NCBI RefSeq assembly: GCF_006345805.1
Contig: NC_043026.1
Location: 13,929,579 to 13,993,578 of the forward strand
DNA from: Octopus sinensis
Lineage: Eukaryota
Direction of reading: 5' to 3'
Length of the DNA stretch: 64,000 bases
Under the pieces are notes generated by a model. It ran no database searches. It was not told the origin of the DNA and worked only from the letters and a program-made list of their open reading frames with translations. The position numbers were made by a program, and so were the translations under genes. Below, one piece after another: positions 13,733 to 27,149 of the stretch; the stretch's first letter is position 1; the number at the start of each line of letters is the position of its first letter.

Positions 13733-14425
13733 ATGAGGGGGTGCTTTGGGTAAAATAAAATACAGGAGAATCAGTTATAATGATTTTATTCAACACTAGC
13801 AGTATTGCCCGGCGTTGCTCGGGTTTGTAAGGGAAATAACTATAAAGCATTTTTAGAGAGTTATAGCCAAAAAATAGCAAAAAAAATGCATTAAAAATGG
13901 AAAAAATATGGTGGTAAATTTTTTTTTAAATCGTTGACTCATCGTAGACATTTTTAGAGAGTTACTTCCCTTTAAAAAAATATGCATTAAAATGGAAAAA
14001 AATGATGGTAAATTATTTTAAAATCGTAGACTCATCGTAGACGCACGCTAATACCCAGAAGGGCTCGATATGAATCACGACTATAAGATACCCGGTTTTG
14101 GTTAAACTGCATCGCAAAATGTGGGAGTAGTTAGGAATCTAAATCGTAGGAGACAGACACACAACTTCACTTTTATATATAAAGATATATAATATTGCTC
14201 TATATAAAGATTCACTTCTTCAAATCGTTTTTCTACTTCCTGTCTTTGGAGTCCTCATCAGCTAGAGACACTTTTATATATAAAGATATTCCCCTCTCAG
14301 ATTGACACACTTATTGCAGAGGTCCTTCAGTTTTTCTAAGCCCTGTAAAAGCAGCCAGAATTTTGAGCATCCAAATAGGCTTTCACGATACCCTTGAAGC
14401 GAGGAACTTTTTAGCACACCCTTAT
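13733..14425. mobile_element. Mariner-like non-autonomous element interrupted by a Helitron
   Basis: Ends tatgagggggtgct and agcacacccttata with TA flanks. Confidence 0.55.
13796..14185 (-). mobile_element. Non-autonomous Helitron
   Basis: 5' TC, 3' hairpin cccgagcaacgccggg followed by CTAG, inserted between A and T. Confidence 0.8.
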
Positions 14426-14518
14426 ATATGAATATATGCTTATATGTTTGTTCCTTCTCGAGCCACACCGGCTCATTAGGGCTGGTTTAATATAATAATG
14501 TATATAATATAATGAAAT

Positions 14519-15192
14519 TATTGTATACAGTGCTCAGGTGCACCACAACTTGTCAGAAAGTGCATATAAAGTACATGCAGTAATGTAGAAATGTCTGGAA
14601 AGCGAACAATGTGAGTCAGAAAATCAAGTGTAGTGTTGGCGAATCTCAGGAAGCATGGAAGTTTTGAAGGATGCAGTGCTCCGACAACTAACAACTGATG
14701 CCGGCAGTTTGTTCCATGTTTCAGCAACTCTCAGCGTGAAAAAATGTTTCCTGAAGTCATGGGAGCTGTGCTGTTTTCTGACTTTGTAAACATGTCCACG
14801 GGTGTTAGACAGGTGGAGTTTGAAAAGGTGCTCAGAGTTATTGTTTGTACGATGGTTGATAATTTTATGGGTGTCTGCATATGCAGTAATGTACAAATGT
14901 CTGGGAAGTGAACAGTGTATGAGTCAGATACATGCTTGCGTGTGTATGGAGGGGAGAAAATCAGGTGTAGTGTTGGCGAATCTCAGGAAGCATGGAAGTT
15001 TTGAAGGATGCAGTGCTCCGACAACTAACAACTGATGCCGGCAGTTTGTTCCATGTTTCAGCAACTCTCAGCGTGAAAAAATGTTTCCTGAAGTCATGGG
15101 AGCTGTGCTGTTTTCTGACTTTGTAAACATGTCCACGGGTGTTAGACAGGTGGAGTTTGAAAAGGTGCTCAGAGTTATTGTTTGTACGATGG
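14519..15192 (-). mobile_element. CR1-like LINE 3' end, tandem 337-bp units
   Basis: NTRGH..K...FF..RV...WN.LP motifs typical of the CR1-clade ORF end; period 337 bp. Confidence 0.85.
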
Positions 15193-15795
15193 TTTCCCAG
15201 GTTCCTTGGCGTATAAGTTCCCCATCAGGATTGGACGCTGGTAGGCATCTCTTCACCTTCGTAGTAGTTGACTATGATGCTGCTACATCAGTATGACTCC
15301 TTTCTGGACAGCCTAACTATATGAGTGACTAGGCCCTGTTACATTCTGCCAGTTATTTAAGATATCCTGGAGGTAATTCCCGATGATGTACTAAGGACTT
15401 TCTCTGTCTTCACATCGTTCAAAATCGAAATCGATCAACATCAATCGAAATTGTAGCTGTGATACCAGTGCCGATGGCACGTTAGAGAACCATCCGAACG
15501 TGGCCGTTGCCAGCGCCACCACGACTGGCCTCCGTGCCGGTGGCACGTAACATGCACCATCCGATTGTGGCCGTTGCCACGCATACAAATGTATGTATGT
15601 ATTAATACTTTCGTTTATCTGTACCGGACAGAAAAAAACTCTTCTTTCTTCATGGCTACTGATATTTACGAAACCTTCCATGATTCTCTTTCTCTCTCTC
15701 TTTCTTTCACACACACAGTTACACACACAGATACACACACACACACAGACACAACAGACAGATACACAGACACAGACACACACACACATAGACAC

Positions 15796-15834
<39 letters not shown>

Positions 15835-16174
15835 ACACACACACTCGCACACACAGACAGACACACAGACACAAACACACAGACACACACACACAGACAC
15901 AAACACACAGACACACACACAGACACAAACACACGACACACACACACTTCTTAAGGACAAATATTTTCCCGCCACAGGCAACGCAACACTAATGAATAAT
16001 AAGGGTTTCTCTTAATTAACTTCCTCCACATTTAAGTCAATCAAACGTCAATTATCGAACTGCAGACAGAGTTACTTCCCTTATACTGTGTCAATGACAG
16101 AAGCGTCAGAACCTTTGGTAACAAAATGCCTCGACTAGCCGTCATTTAATAACAAAAATAATGACAATGAAATG

Positions 16175-16410
16175 ATTGTATACAGTGCTCAGGTGCACCA
16201 CAACTTGTCAGAAAGTGCATATAAAGTACATGCAGTAATGTAGAAATGTCTGGAAAGCGAACAATGTATGAGTCAGATACATGCTTGTGTGTGTATGGAG
16301 GGGAGAAAATCAGGTGTAGTGTTGGCGAATCTCAGGAAGCATGGAAGTTTTGAAGGATGCAGTGCTCCGACAACTAACAACTGATGCCGGCAGTTTGTTC
16401 CATGCTTCTG
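16175..16410 (-). mobile_element. CR1-like LINE 3' UTR fragment
   Basis: Homologous to 14519-14720. Confidence 0.75.
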
Positions 16411-16639
16411 GCCCTTTAAAACATTACGAGTTCAAATCCCTTGATATTTCTCGTTTCTCTGGATTTGATAAAATAAACTATCCCTCAATTCTTTGGTTGA
16501 GTGAGGTGGGGGTGTTCGATGGAAATAATTATGCTCCTTAACTCAAAATATTTGGAATTGTTCTGGTAGAATCATTTGAAGGCCAAAAAAGAAAATTTAA
16601 AAAAAAGTACTTTGCCGTATTTCTTTCGGTTCTTTAGAT

Positions 16640-16840
16640 CAGTGCTTTTCAATCTTTTTGCTGGAGCGGAACCCCAAGGAAACATTCCACTGGCTCGAGG
16701 AACCCCTGTGCAATAATTTAATAGTCTTATGCACACATATCTGCACAGGAGAATTAAAAATTACTGCCGATTTTAGCAGTTTTGTAACTTCTTGCGGAAC
16801 CCCTGGACTGTACTGGCGGAACCCTGGTTGAAAACCACTG
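16640..16840. mobile_element. hAT (Charlie-like) MITE
   Basis: TIR cagtgcttttcaa/ttgaaaaccactg and exact 8-bp TSD ctttagat. Confidence 0.88.
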
Positions 16841-16860
16841 CTTTAGATTCTGTAATAGGT

Positions 16861-17164
16861 ACTACTAGCGAACAGTGGTCCTGGTGCGCGCACTCGCGTA
16901 TCCGCGCTAGCTAGTCGTGACTAGTCGATCCTACAACGACTACCTAGCAAAGTAAATAAAACACAAAATAAATAATTTTATTTACACAAAGTAAATAATT
17001 TTTGTTAAACAAAGTAAGTAAAATACAAAAACACAAAGTAAAAATTTTTTAAACAAAGTAAATAACACACAGAAACACAAAGTAAGGATCGACTAGTCAT
17101 GACTAGCTAGCACGGATGCGCTGTACGCGATTGCGTGCACCGGGACCACTGTTCTCAAGTAGTG
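16861..17164. repeat. MITE with TIRs of about 70 bp and an aaagtaaataa-rich core
   Basis: gaacagtggtcc...gtcgatcc inverted at both ends. Confidence 0.75.
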
Positions 17165-17989
17165 CCCTGTAATATACTCAATGGAAAATTTATTTCATTA
17201 AGAAAAAGGACATCTTCGGGGAAGTTATTGTTTCAAAGTATATATGTGGCTGTGTGGTAAGAAGCTAGTTTCCCAACTGCTTGGTTACAGGTTCAGATAC
17301 ACCGTGGGCAAAGTGTCTTCTACTATAGCTTTGGGCTGACCAAAGCTTTGAGAGTGGATTTGGTAGATGGAAGCTGAAAGAAGCCTGCTGTGTGTGTGTG
17401 TGCGTGCAAGACACCTTTTTTTGTCTCTCTGTCTCACTATAACCTATTTCTTTACTACCCACAAGGGGCTAAACACAGAGGGGACAAACAAGGACAGACA
17501 TAGGTATTAAGTCGATTATAACGACCCCAGTGCGTAACTGGTACTTAATTTATCGACCCCGAAAGAATGAAAGGCAAAGTCGACCTCGGCGGAATTTGAA
17601 CTCAGAACGTAACGGTAGACGAAATACGGCTACGCATTTCGCCCGGCGTGCTAACGGCTCTGCCAATCTTTCTGTAGGATGACGTCAGCAGCTGGGGCGC
17701 TGACCGGAAGGGGCAGCAGTGACGCGCGCGTAGGTAGGAGGGCAGGATTCTACCTTTTCGATCGAGGTGGGCGAGCAAGTAAGACGGGTCGGCATGTTGT
17801 CAAGGTTGGAAGAAGCAGCTGCTATTTCTAGCGTTCGGATCAGGCTGTGTTGAAGGATCCAGTGATCGCTGAAGGGTCTCCGTCTGAGCGAAGAGAAGGT
17901 AGGTGCCTTTATTTCGATTCTCTCGCATACACCACACTTTCATCATCTGATACCACCTCCTCCAATTCCCCTAGCCCTTCAGGATGCCG

Positions 17990-18665
17990 AGCCTGACACC
18001 AGCGCTACAGCCCCGTACCGATCCGCCGTTTCATGTGAAGATGTGTTCCAGGCGTGTGGTGACATACACAGCCCAACCGACCCAGTCCTCAGAGCCAATC
18101 CTTCTTCCGAAGGTATGGATCTATTTTGCCGACTTCCCTTGTCTACATTGTTGCTATCAACGAGAGGCTGTATACCTTGGAGTCCTGCTGCGAATGGTGG
18201 AAACCTGCTGCGGACTGACTCAAGAGCTGTGAATCATTACAGAGCCGGATTTTCCAGGGGCGCCGAGAGCGCACCCAGTGCTACCCAAGACACAACGCTC
18301 TACAGGCACCATATCTGTATTTCCAGATGAGCCGATTCCATGGACAATGTCTCCGGGCTTGCTTGTGTTGCTACTGCTTTGCGCAGCCAATGGCTTTGAC
18401 GATAGACATGCTGGCTAGGAGCCCGCTGCCTTCCCACCACCAGATGGGTAATCTCCGAGTTCGGGTTCGGGAATATTAACCCAATTCCCTTTTGATGTGA
18501 AGCCAGCCACTTGCATGCATGTGTGCATGCATGCACTAACAACGATGGCAAATCCATTGCCTTTCATGGAAGCTTTCGCCCTCTTCTTAGGACCGACTGA
18601 CCCCTGCTTGACCGCCATTGGCACAAAGCCCTTCTCCACTTTGGTCTTCAAAAGTCTCATTCAAA
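17990..18665 (-). pseudogene. Isolated, diverged 28S rRNA fragment
   Basis: Antisense matches to conserved LSU segments (cagcccaaccgacccagtcctcagagccaatcc; gccgacttccctt; taggaccgactgacccc; cccttctccacttt). No other rDNA is present and the fragment is flanked by repeats. Confidence 0.8.
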
Positions 18666-19207
18666 TTGGCCGGATCGGAGCGATCTCAAGATTAATCAGC
18701 CGAAATTGCTTGGATGATCCGGTTCTTGACTGAAGATTGAAGGCTTCGAATGTCCCGTCCGTGTTTTTTGTATCGTCTTCTAAATGTTTCACGTTCTTGT
18801 CCCAGTTTGTATTTTTCTACATATAATATATATATATACGCATACTGTTGTGTCTGGGGAGAGTCATTCTCTTTTAGTGCCTTATATTTAACACACTCAC
18901 CAGTAAAATTTCCACTTATTTCTTATTTTATATTTTCTAAACTTTTCGTTGTGTCTTGCAATCTTTTCAATAGTCTTGAGTGTGTGTGTGTGTGCCTATA
19001 CATGCATACATGTACGTATGTATGTGTGTGTGTTGTGTTTGCATGTGTATGTATATATGTGTGTGTGTGTGTGTGTGTGTGCGCATCTGTATGTACGTAT
19101 CCTGCATATTTATGAGCTCGTCTGTCCGTGTTTGTGTATTTTCTATGCATGTGTGTGTGAGCATGTGTTTGTATATGTATGCACCTCTGTCTCCTTGTGT
19201 GTGCATA

Positions 19208-19251
<44 letters not shown>

Positions 19252-19425
19252 GTAACTATGTCCCATGTTTGTATGTATGGATGTGCATCTTTATATGTGT
19301 GGATCCGTGTCTCCAAATGTGTCTGTTCTTGTAACCTATGTACCTATCCGTCTGTATGTTGATCTGTTTATTTACTTATCTAAATGCTTACATACAGAAA
19401 TAAAAAGTAAATAAATAAACAGAAT

Positions 19426-19842
19426 ATGCTTCAACGCACGAACTCATATAAAGAATCTTGCAAACCAAATCCCAAAACGAAATATATGGAAGATCCTAGA
19501 AGGACTTGTCCCAAACTTTGGCATCGAGAGTTACACAAATGCCAGAACTGGGCGCCACTGCATAGTGCAAGGACTCCAAATTTGCCATCAAGATGTAGGA
19601 CAAGATACTGTGATAGCCTGGGCTTCAGAGGCCCACAGCTCTTCAATATCCTCCCGAAGAACCTGAGAGACCTGCATGGGGTGGATGCAGATGTCTTTAA
19701 AATAAAACTGGATCTCTTCCTGTCACGTACCCCAGATGAACCAACTTCACGGCAGGAGGTGCAGATAAGGGCAGCCACATCGAACTCTCTCATGCACCAA
19801 ATGGCAGTTGCTAAAAAGCATTCGTCAAGTAAAATCATGTAG
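19426..19842 (+). mobile_element. LINE ORF2 C-terminal fragment (CR1/L2-like group)
   Basis: SLGFRGPQLFNILPKNLR...FKIKLDLFL..TPDEP pattern of LINE RT tails. Confidence 0.65.
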
Positions 19843-19929
19843 CAACACCAAATGGCGGTGCCCCAGCATGGCCACAGCTCGTGAGCTGAAACTGGATAAA
19901 ATAATAATAAATATATATATATATATATA

Positions 19930-19972
<43 letters not shown>

Positions 19973-20135
19973 AGAAGTATGGGGGTGATGTATAGATTTA
20001 ATACATATGAAAGAAAAAAGATGTTCAGAATGCTGGATGGTTGTAAAAATATTTGTAAAAATATATATGTAAATAAATATATATTTTTACAACAATCCAG
20101 CATTCTGAACATCTTTTTTCTTTCATATATATATA

Positions 20136-20521
20136 CTAGCAGTATCGCCCGGCGTTGCTCGGGTTTGTAAGGGAAATAACTATATAAGCATTTTTAGAGA
20201 GTTATAGCCAAAAAATAGCAAAAAAATGGAAAAAAAATGATGGTAAATTTTTTTTGAGAGTTAAAAAAGGTGGAGTTTCGTCCCCTAGACGGTCTGTGGT
20301 TTGTGTTTCTGATTCTCGACCCCATGTCGAATTTATCGATTTTTTTCAGAACTGGGGGAACTTTTCAAAATTTTCGCTGCGTTAGTTTTGAATTATGACA
20401 TTGGGCTATGTGTGTGTCAAGTTTCATCAGAATCGGTTGAAAGCCGTGGTCAGGGTGAGGGTACAAGCAAACAGACACACAGAAACACGCACAGACAAAC
20501 TGCCGTTTATATAGAGAGAGA
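20136..20521 (-). mobile_element. Non-autonomous Helitron (variant body)
   Basis: Same 3' hairpin+CTAG; body matches 53026-53411. Confidence 0.78.
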
Positions 20522-20840
20522 TATATTATAATAGGGTATTTAATTAAAATTAATAATTCCACCAAGTAGTGATTCGGTATGTAAAAGACCATTATCGGTA
20601 AATTTAAACTATTTATTGAAGAAACAGCTAGTTTTTTTTTTGGCTGCTATTTCTAAAGTTCGGTGTGTGGTGAAGCAACCCTTATTATAATAAATAAACT
20701 ATATATAATATATATAATTATATATATATATATATATAATATATTACAGATATATATATATATATATAGATATATATATATTACAGATATATATATATAT
20801 ATATATATATATAGATATATATATATATATATATTACAGA

Positions 20841-20879
<39 letters not shown>

Positions 20880-21127
20880 ATATAATATATATTACAGATA
20901 TAGGGTGAAATATAATAATTAATAAAATAAACACATTTCACCCAGTAGTATTTCGGTATGGAAAAAGGACCATATAAGGTAAAAAATTTATACAATTATA
21001 ATAATAATGTTTTTTTTTTTATTATAAATAAAAGGAAATAGTAGTATTTTGGCTGCTATTTCTAAAATTTTCGGTATGTGGTTTAAGCAACTTGTTGCAA
21101 AAAACCCTTATTATTATAATTATATAT

Positions 21128-21293
21128 AGGTGCAGGAGTGGCTGTGTGGTATGTAGCTTGCTTACCAACCACATGGTTCCGGGTTCAGTCCCACTGCGTG
21201 GCACCTTGGGCAAGTGTGTTCTACTATAGCCTCGGGCCGACCAAAGTCTTGTGAGTGGATTTGGTAGACGGAAACTGAAAGAAGCCCGTCGTA

Positions 21294-21371
<78 letters not shown>

Positions 21372-21590
21372 TATATATATATAGGTGTGTGTTTGTGTGT
21401 CTGTGTTTGTCTCCCTATCATTGCTTGACAACCGATGCTGGTGTGTTTATGTCCTCGTCATCTAGCGGTTCGACAAAAGAGACCGATAGAATAAGTACTG
21501 GGCTTACAAATGATAAGTCGAGTTGCTTAACTAAAGGCGGTGCACCAACATGGCCGCAGTCAAAATGACTGAAACAAGTAAAAGAGAAAG
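21128..21590 (+). mobile_element. SINE A
   Basis: Full-length family match. Confidence 0.9.
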
Positions 21591-21795
21591 AGAGAGAGAA
21601 TATATATATATATATATACAATTGTATATATATATACAATTTTGCTAGAAAAAACTGTCTGATGAACGGCAACAGGAAACTCAGAGTAACAGATTTTGTT
21701 GAATTTTCTGCTGCTTAAAATAAAGCATATTACTCTACCACTGGTATTTGAGTACTCTTTCTTCCACCTTGTTTCACCCATTTATGTGTTTACTC

Positions 21796-21829
<34 letters not shown>

Positions 21830-22027
21830 GTGTATGAAGAAATGGAGCTGGAACGAAGATTTAACAAAATTCCTTTTTATTATTTTCTGTTGTGATTTTT
21901 GCTACCCAGGTATCGGTTATCATTTGAATTATCCGTAATAAGATAATTCATTTATCTATCAATAAATAATATATATATATATATATATAATATATATATA
22001 ATATATTATATATTATATAGATATATA

Positions 22028-22541
22028 CTAGCAGTATCGCCGGCGTTGCTCGGATTTGTAAGGGAAATAACTATATAAGCATTTTTAGAGAGTTACTTCC
22101 CTTATAGATGCCAATTCGGGCTTTCTTAGCCATTTCTGTTTTGGTGTCTTCAAGCCATGAAGTCGTTGTTCTAAAAGAACGCTGGTCTCCTTGACACGCT
22201 TTACGACATTGATTCCTTACCTACTCCCTTCCCCACAGCTTCACGAGGGAGGGAGGGACGGGGGGAGAAGCAAACAGGTGCAGGTGTGACCATGGACGCC
22301 AACTCCGCCGCCATCGACACATAAAAATTATGCATTAAAATGGAATAAAAAATGATTGTTAAATTATTTTTAAAATCGTAGACTCATCGTAGACGCGCGC
22401 TAATAGCCAGACGGGCTCGATATTAATCACGACTATAAGATACCCGGTTTTGGTTAAACTGCACCGCAAAATGTGGGAGTAGTTAGGAATCTAAATCGAA
22501 GGGTACAAACACTCACACAACTACAGTTTTATACATATAGA
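22028..22541 (-). mobile_element. Non-autonomous Helitron
   Basis: Same termini; body matches the copies at 25941 and 36709. Confidence 0.78.
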
Positions 22542-23574
22542 TATATATATATATGTATATATGTATATATGTATATATATTTAGCAACTTTCTTCAAATT
22601 GAGCAAAGAGGTGGTGCGACTGAAAGGCCGTCGTGTCGGAGGCGATATTATCAACCACGAGGGTGTGTTACGCAGGCCGCGGTTGATGGTCAATAAGTTT
22701 GTCGTCGTCAACGGCAACAAGCACGTGTGCCGCCGGTCTTTTGGTGCTCATGCACCGAACGTGATCTCTGCTCTGAGTTAGTTGCGAAGAAGACGTCGGA
22801 CGAAGCGCGAAGACAGAGAGAGGAGAGAGAGACAGAGAGAGAGACAAAGCGGGAGGAGGAGGGCAGAATAGAGGGAGAGAAAGAGAGACAAAGAAATTTA
22901 GGGAGGGTTGATAATGTTTTATTAGAAGTAGGAGTGTTGATGGTGGCAGTGGGAGTAATAATAAGGGAGAGAGAAAGAGTAGGTATGTGAGAGAAAGAGG
23001 GGGAGATGATGTAGAACTGTCACCAACATACTGAACGCTATTATTTTCATTTTATTCTTTGCTTTTTTTTTCTTTTGTACTTGTTTCAGTCATTTGACTG
23101 CGGCCATGCTGGAGCACCGCCTTTAGAGTGGTGAAAGAGTACAGCAGGGATCACCACCTCCTGCCGGAGCCTCGTGGAACTTTTAGGTGTTTTTCGCTCA
23201 ATAAACACACACAACGCCCGGTCTGGGAATCGAAACCGCGATCCTCCGACCGCAAGTCCGCTGCCCTAACCACTAGGCCATTGCGCTTTCTTTAATACAT
23301 TTAAAAAATTTTTTATCTAGTTTCAGCTCACGAGCTGTGGCTATGCTGGGGCACCGCCATTACATATATATTTACACACAGGCACACACAGACACACACA
23401 GACACACACGAACACACACACACACAGACACAGACACACACACATATATACATGCGTGAATATATAGATAGATAGATAGATATATCCACACATATATACT
23501 TCCATGAATATATATGTATACTTTTTTATTCACAAAATTCAAAGATAGACCAAACACATAGAAATCTTATATAC

Positions 23575-23935
23575 TCTTTTACTTGTTTCAGTCATTTGAC
23601 TGCGGCCATGCTGGAGCACCGCCTTTAGTCGAGCAACTCGACCCCGGGACTTATTCTTTTGTAAGCCCAGTACTTATTCTATCGGTCTCTTTTTGCCGAA
23701 CTGCTAAGTAACGAGGACATAAACACACCAGAATCGGTTGTCAAGCAATGCTAGGGGGACAAATACAGACACACAAACATATATATACATATATACGACG
23801 GGCTTCTTTCAGTTTCCGTCTACCAAATCCACTCACAAGGCTTTGGTCGGCCCGAGGCTATAGTAGAAGACACTTGCCCAAGGTGCCATGCAGTGGGACT
23901 GGTAAGCAAGCTACTTACCACACAGCCACTCCTAC

Positions 23936-23980
<45 letters not shown>

Positions 23981-23988
23981 TATGTATA

Positions 23989-24028
<40 letters not shown>

Positions 24029-24071
24029 CACTCACATATACGTATATACACACATATATATGCTTACATGG

Positions 24072-24114
<43 letters not shown>

Positions 24115-25275
24115 TACTGTCCCAGAATTAAGAATCTATTTCAGACAGTTTTTCCAAAAACTCACTTTTATTCATGTTTATCATGTTTAATATGTGTTAA
24201 AAGTGTACAAACTTTCAATTTTAATTTTGTTTATAATTTTACGTTTTCAGTTTTTAATTTTATCTTCATTCTTGTTAGATTCCATGACATCTGTTTTTCA
24301 ACTTGGCTGCCATCATTTTCCCCACGTCCGTGGAGGAAGCACTCCGTCGGTTACGACGACGAGGGTTCCGGTTGATCCGAATCAACGGAACAGCCTGCTC
24401 GTGAGATTAACGTGTAAGTGGCTGAGCACTCCGCAGACACGTGTACCCTTAACGTAGTTCTTGGGGATATTCAGCGTGACACAGAGAGTGACAAGGCCGG
24501 CCCCTTTGAAATACAGGTACAACAGAAACAGGAAGAAAGAGTGAGAGAAAGTTGTGCTGGAGCCTCGTGGAGCTTTTAGGTGTTTTCGCTTAATAAACAC
24601 TCACAACCGCGATCCTTCGACCGCGAGTCCGCTGCCCTAACCACCCGTACCCATGGTGCCTCCACCCGTACCCATGGTGCCTCAATAGAATAGCTGAGGT
24701 TAGAGAATGCATTCACTTAGCAGTTCTGAAGGTTACCCCTGAAGGGCTTCAAAATGTGTTTCGCAATGCTAAGGGATAGATTTGAAATTTACGGGGCGAC
24801 AGACAGAGCACATTTTGAAAATTTTCAATGAAGTTTTTTATGTAGGATTTATAAATCTCTTTTACTCTTTTACTCTTTTACTTGTTTCAGTCATTTGACT
24901 GTGGCCATGCTGGAGCACCGCCTTTAATCGAGCAAATCGACCCCGGGACTTATTCTTTTGTAAGCCCAGTACTTATTCTATCGGTCTCTTTTGCCGAACC
25001 GCTAAGTAACGGGGACATAAACACACCAGCATCGGTTGTCAAGCAATGCAGAGGGGGACAAACACAGACACACAAACACACACACACACATATATATATA
25101 TACATATATACGACGGGCTTCTTTTCAGTTTCCATCTACCAAATCCATTCACAAGGCTTTGGTCAGCCCGAGGCTATAGTTGAAGACACTTGCCCAAGGT
25201 GCCACGCAGTGGGACTGAACCCGGAACCATGTGGTTGGCAAACAAGCTACTTACCACACAGCCACTCCTGCGCCT
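23575..25275 (-). mobile_element. Two SINE A copies (23575-23935, 24865-25275) and one SINE C (24325-24640)
   Basis: Family matches on the minus strand. Confidence 0.85.
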
Positions 25276-25940
25276 ATTTGTTTTTTCGTATCATAATCTA
25301 TACATATAAAGCTGAAGTTGTCTGTGTGTGAAACAATCGACCCTGTCCAACCCTTGTGCCACAACTCTCAATGACCAACGCGACTGACAAGGTTCGGCAT
25401 TGCGCTTCTCCCAGATTGTTCACTGCCAAATTAAGCTGCAGGCCCCACTCCTGGTGGTACTCTTCCACGAATCCCTTTAAAGTTTCTGTTTTGCCTTCCT
25501 TTTTTAGCATTGTAGTGAGTCTATATTTTAACAAACTGATGGTACCTTTTTTTTTTTTAATTATAAAGTTATTTTACAAATTAAAATCAAATCAATTTTA
25601 ATATTCAAATTTTCTCCTTAGCTGCAATATTTTAAGTTGACCAAAATTGAGAGTATGATAGAAGAAGGCTGGCTCTTCATTTTGTAGAAGAAAAAATTCA
25701 AATCGGACCATGTTAAGACCAAAAATTATTTACATCAAAAAGGTGCTTTTTTTCTATGAAAATCCCTATTTTTTTTACGATAATTTGACTGCTGTGTCAC
25801 CATTTTTCGGTGTATTTCAACCAGAAAAATGTTCACTTAAAGAGAATAACAAGCTACATAATGCAAAATTTTTTACTTTTCAAAAAAGATTGAAACTATG
25901 TAGATATATATACATAGGCATATATACATACATACATATA

Positions 25941-26453
25941 TCTCTATATATAAAACTGTAGTTGTGTGAGTGTCTGTCCCCTTCGATTTAGATTCCTAAC
26001 TACTCCCACATTTTGCGGTGCAGTTTAACCAAATTCGGGTATCTTATAGTCGTGATTCATATCGAGCCCGTCTGAGTATTAGCGCGCGTCTACGATGAGT
26101 CTACAATTTTAAAAATAATTTAACATCATTTTTTATTCCATTTTAATGCATAATTTTTCATGTGTCGATGGCGGCGGAGTTGGCGTCCATGGTCACACCT
26201 GCACCTGTTTGCTTCTCCCCCTTCTTCCCTCCGTCGTGAAGCTGTGGGGAAGGGAGTGTAAGGAAATCAACATTGTAAAGCGTTGTCAAGGAGACCAGTG
26301 TTCTTTTAGAACAATGACTTCATGGCTTGAAGACACCAAAACAGAAATGGCTAAGAAAGCCCGAATTGGCATCTATAAGGGAAGTAACTCTGTAAAAATG
26401 CTTATATAGTTATTTCCCTTACAAACCCGAGCAACGCCGGGCGATACTGCTAG
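25941..26453 (+). mobile_element. Non-autonomous Helitron
   Basis: A|TC start and ...gatactgCTAG|T end. Confidence 0.8.
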
Positions 26454-26455
26454 TA

Positions 26456-26524
<69 letters not shown>

Positions 26525-26642
26525 AATTTAAAATTTAAAATAATAAGAGTGAAAAATTAAATATTCATTTGATTAATATCAATTTAAAACCAGTAGTCTA
26601 GCATATCGAAATCTGAAGATTCAGAAAAATTTTATTACATAC

Positions 26643-26848
26643 ATATAAGAGGGGTGACCACTACGTGGACGTCCATTATGCTAGAAGTAGATCCGATATG
26701 GTCTTACCACTAAGTAAGGAATGTTCTCAAGAAAATTTAGCTAGCATTTGCTAAATTTTCTTGAGAACATTCCTTTCTTATTGGTAAGACCATATTGGAT
26801 CTACTTCTAGCATAATGGATGTCCACGTAGTGGTCACCTCCTCTTATA
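26643..26848. repeat. Palindromic MITE-like hairpin
   Basis: Arms of about 95 bp around an 8-nt centre, TA-flanked. Confidence 0.8.
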
Positions 26849-27101
26849 TGAATATATATGTATCTATATATGTGTGTGTAGAGAGAGAGAGATGCATATA
26901 TAAAATGTGACCGTGTGTGTACCGTTGTCAATTTTTTTCCTCTGTCTTCCCTTCTCTGGATCTTTCCTTCTATATTTCCGACAAAGAGCTCCGCTCGAAC
27001 GTAAAACCTTCCTTCTTTCCTTCTTTCCTGAGCGTCCAATAATACTATATTTATTCCACGTCCTCGCGTTGTTGTGTTTTTGTGCTTTCTTGTTTGGATT
27101 A

Positions 27102-27141
<40 letters not shown>

Positions 27142-27149
27142 TTTTATAT

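Noticed and set aside
18725-18760. CTGAAGA...GAAT after the 28S fragment as a hammerhead
   Set aside because: GAAA and valid stems I and III are missing.
22596-22800. GC-rich segment faintly like a Gypsy gag N-terminus
   Set aside because: It has an internal stop and no diagnostic motif, PBS or LTR pair.
25330-25534. Minus-strand ORF faintly like PIF1/Helitron helicase motif VI (LNLAVNNLGEAQCRTLSV)
   Set aside because: Similarity is too weak to call by eye.
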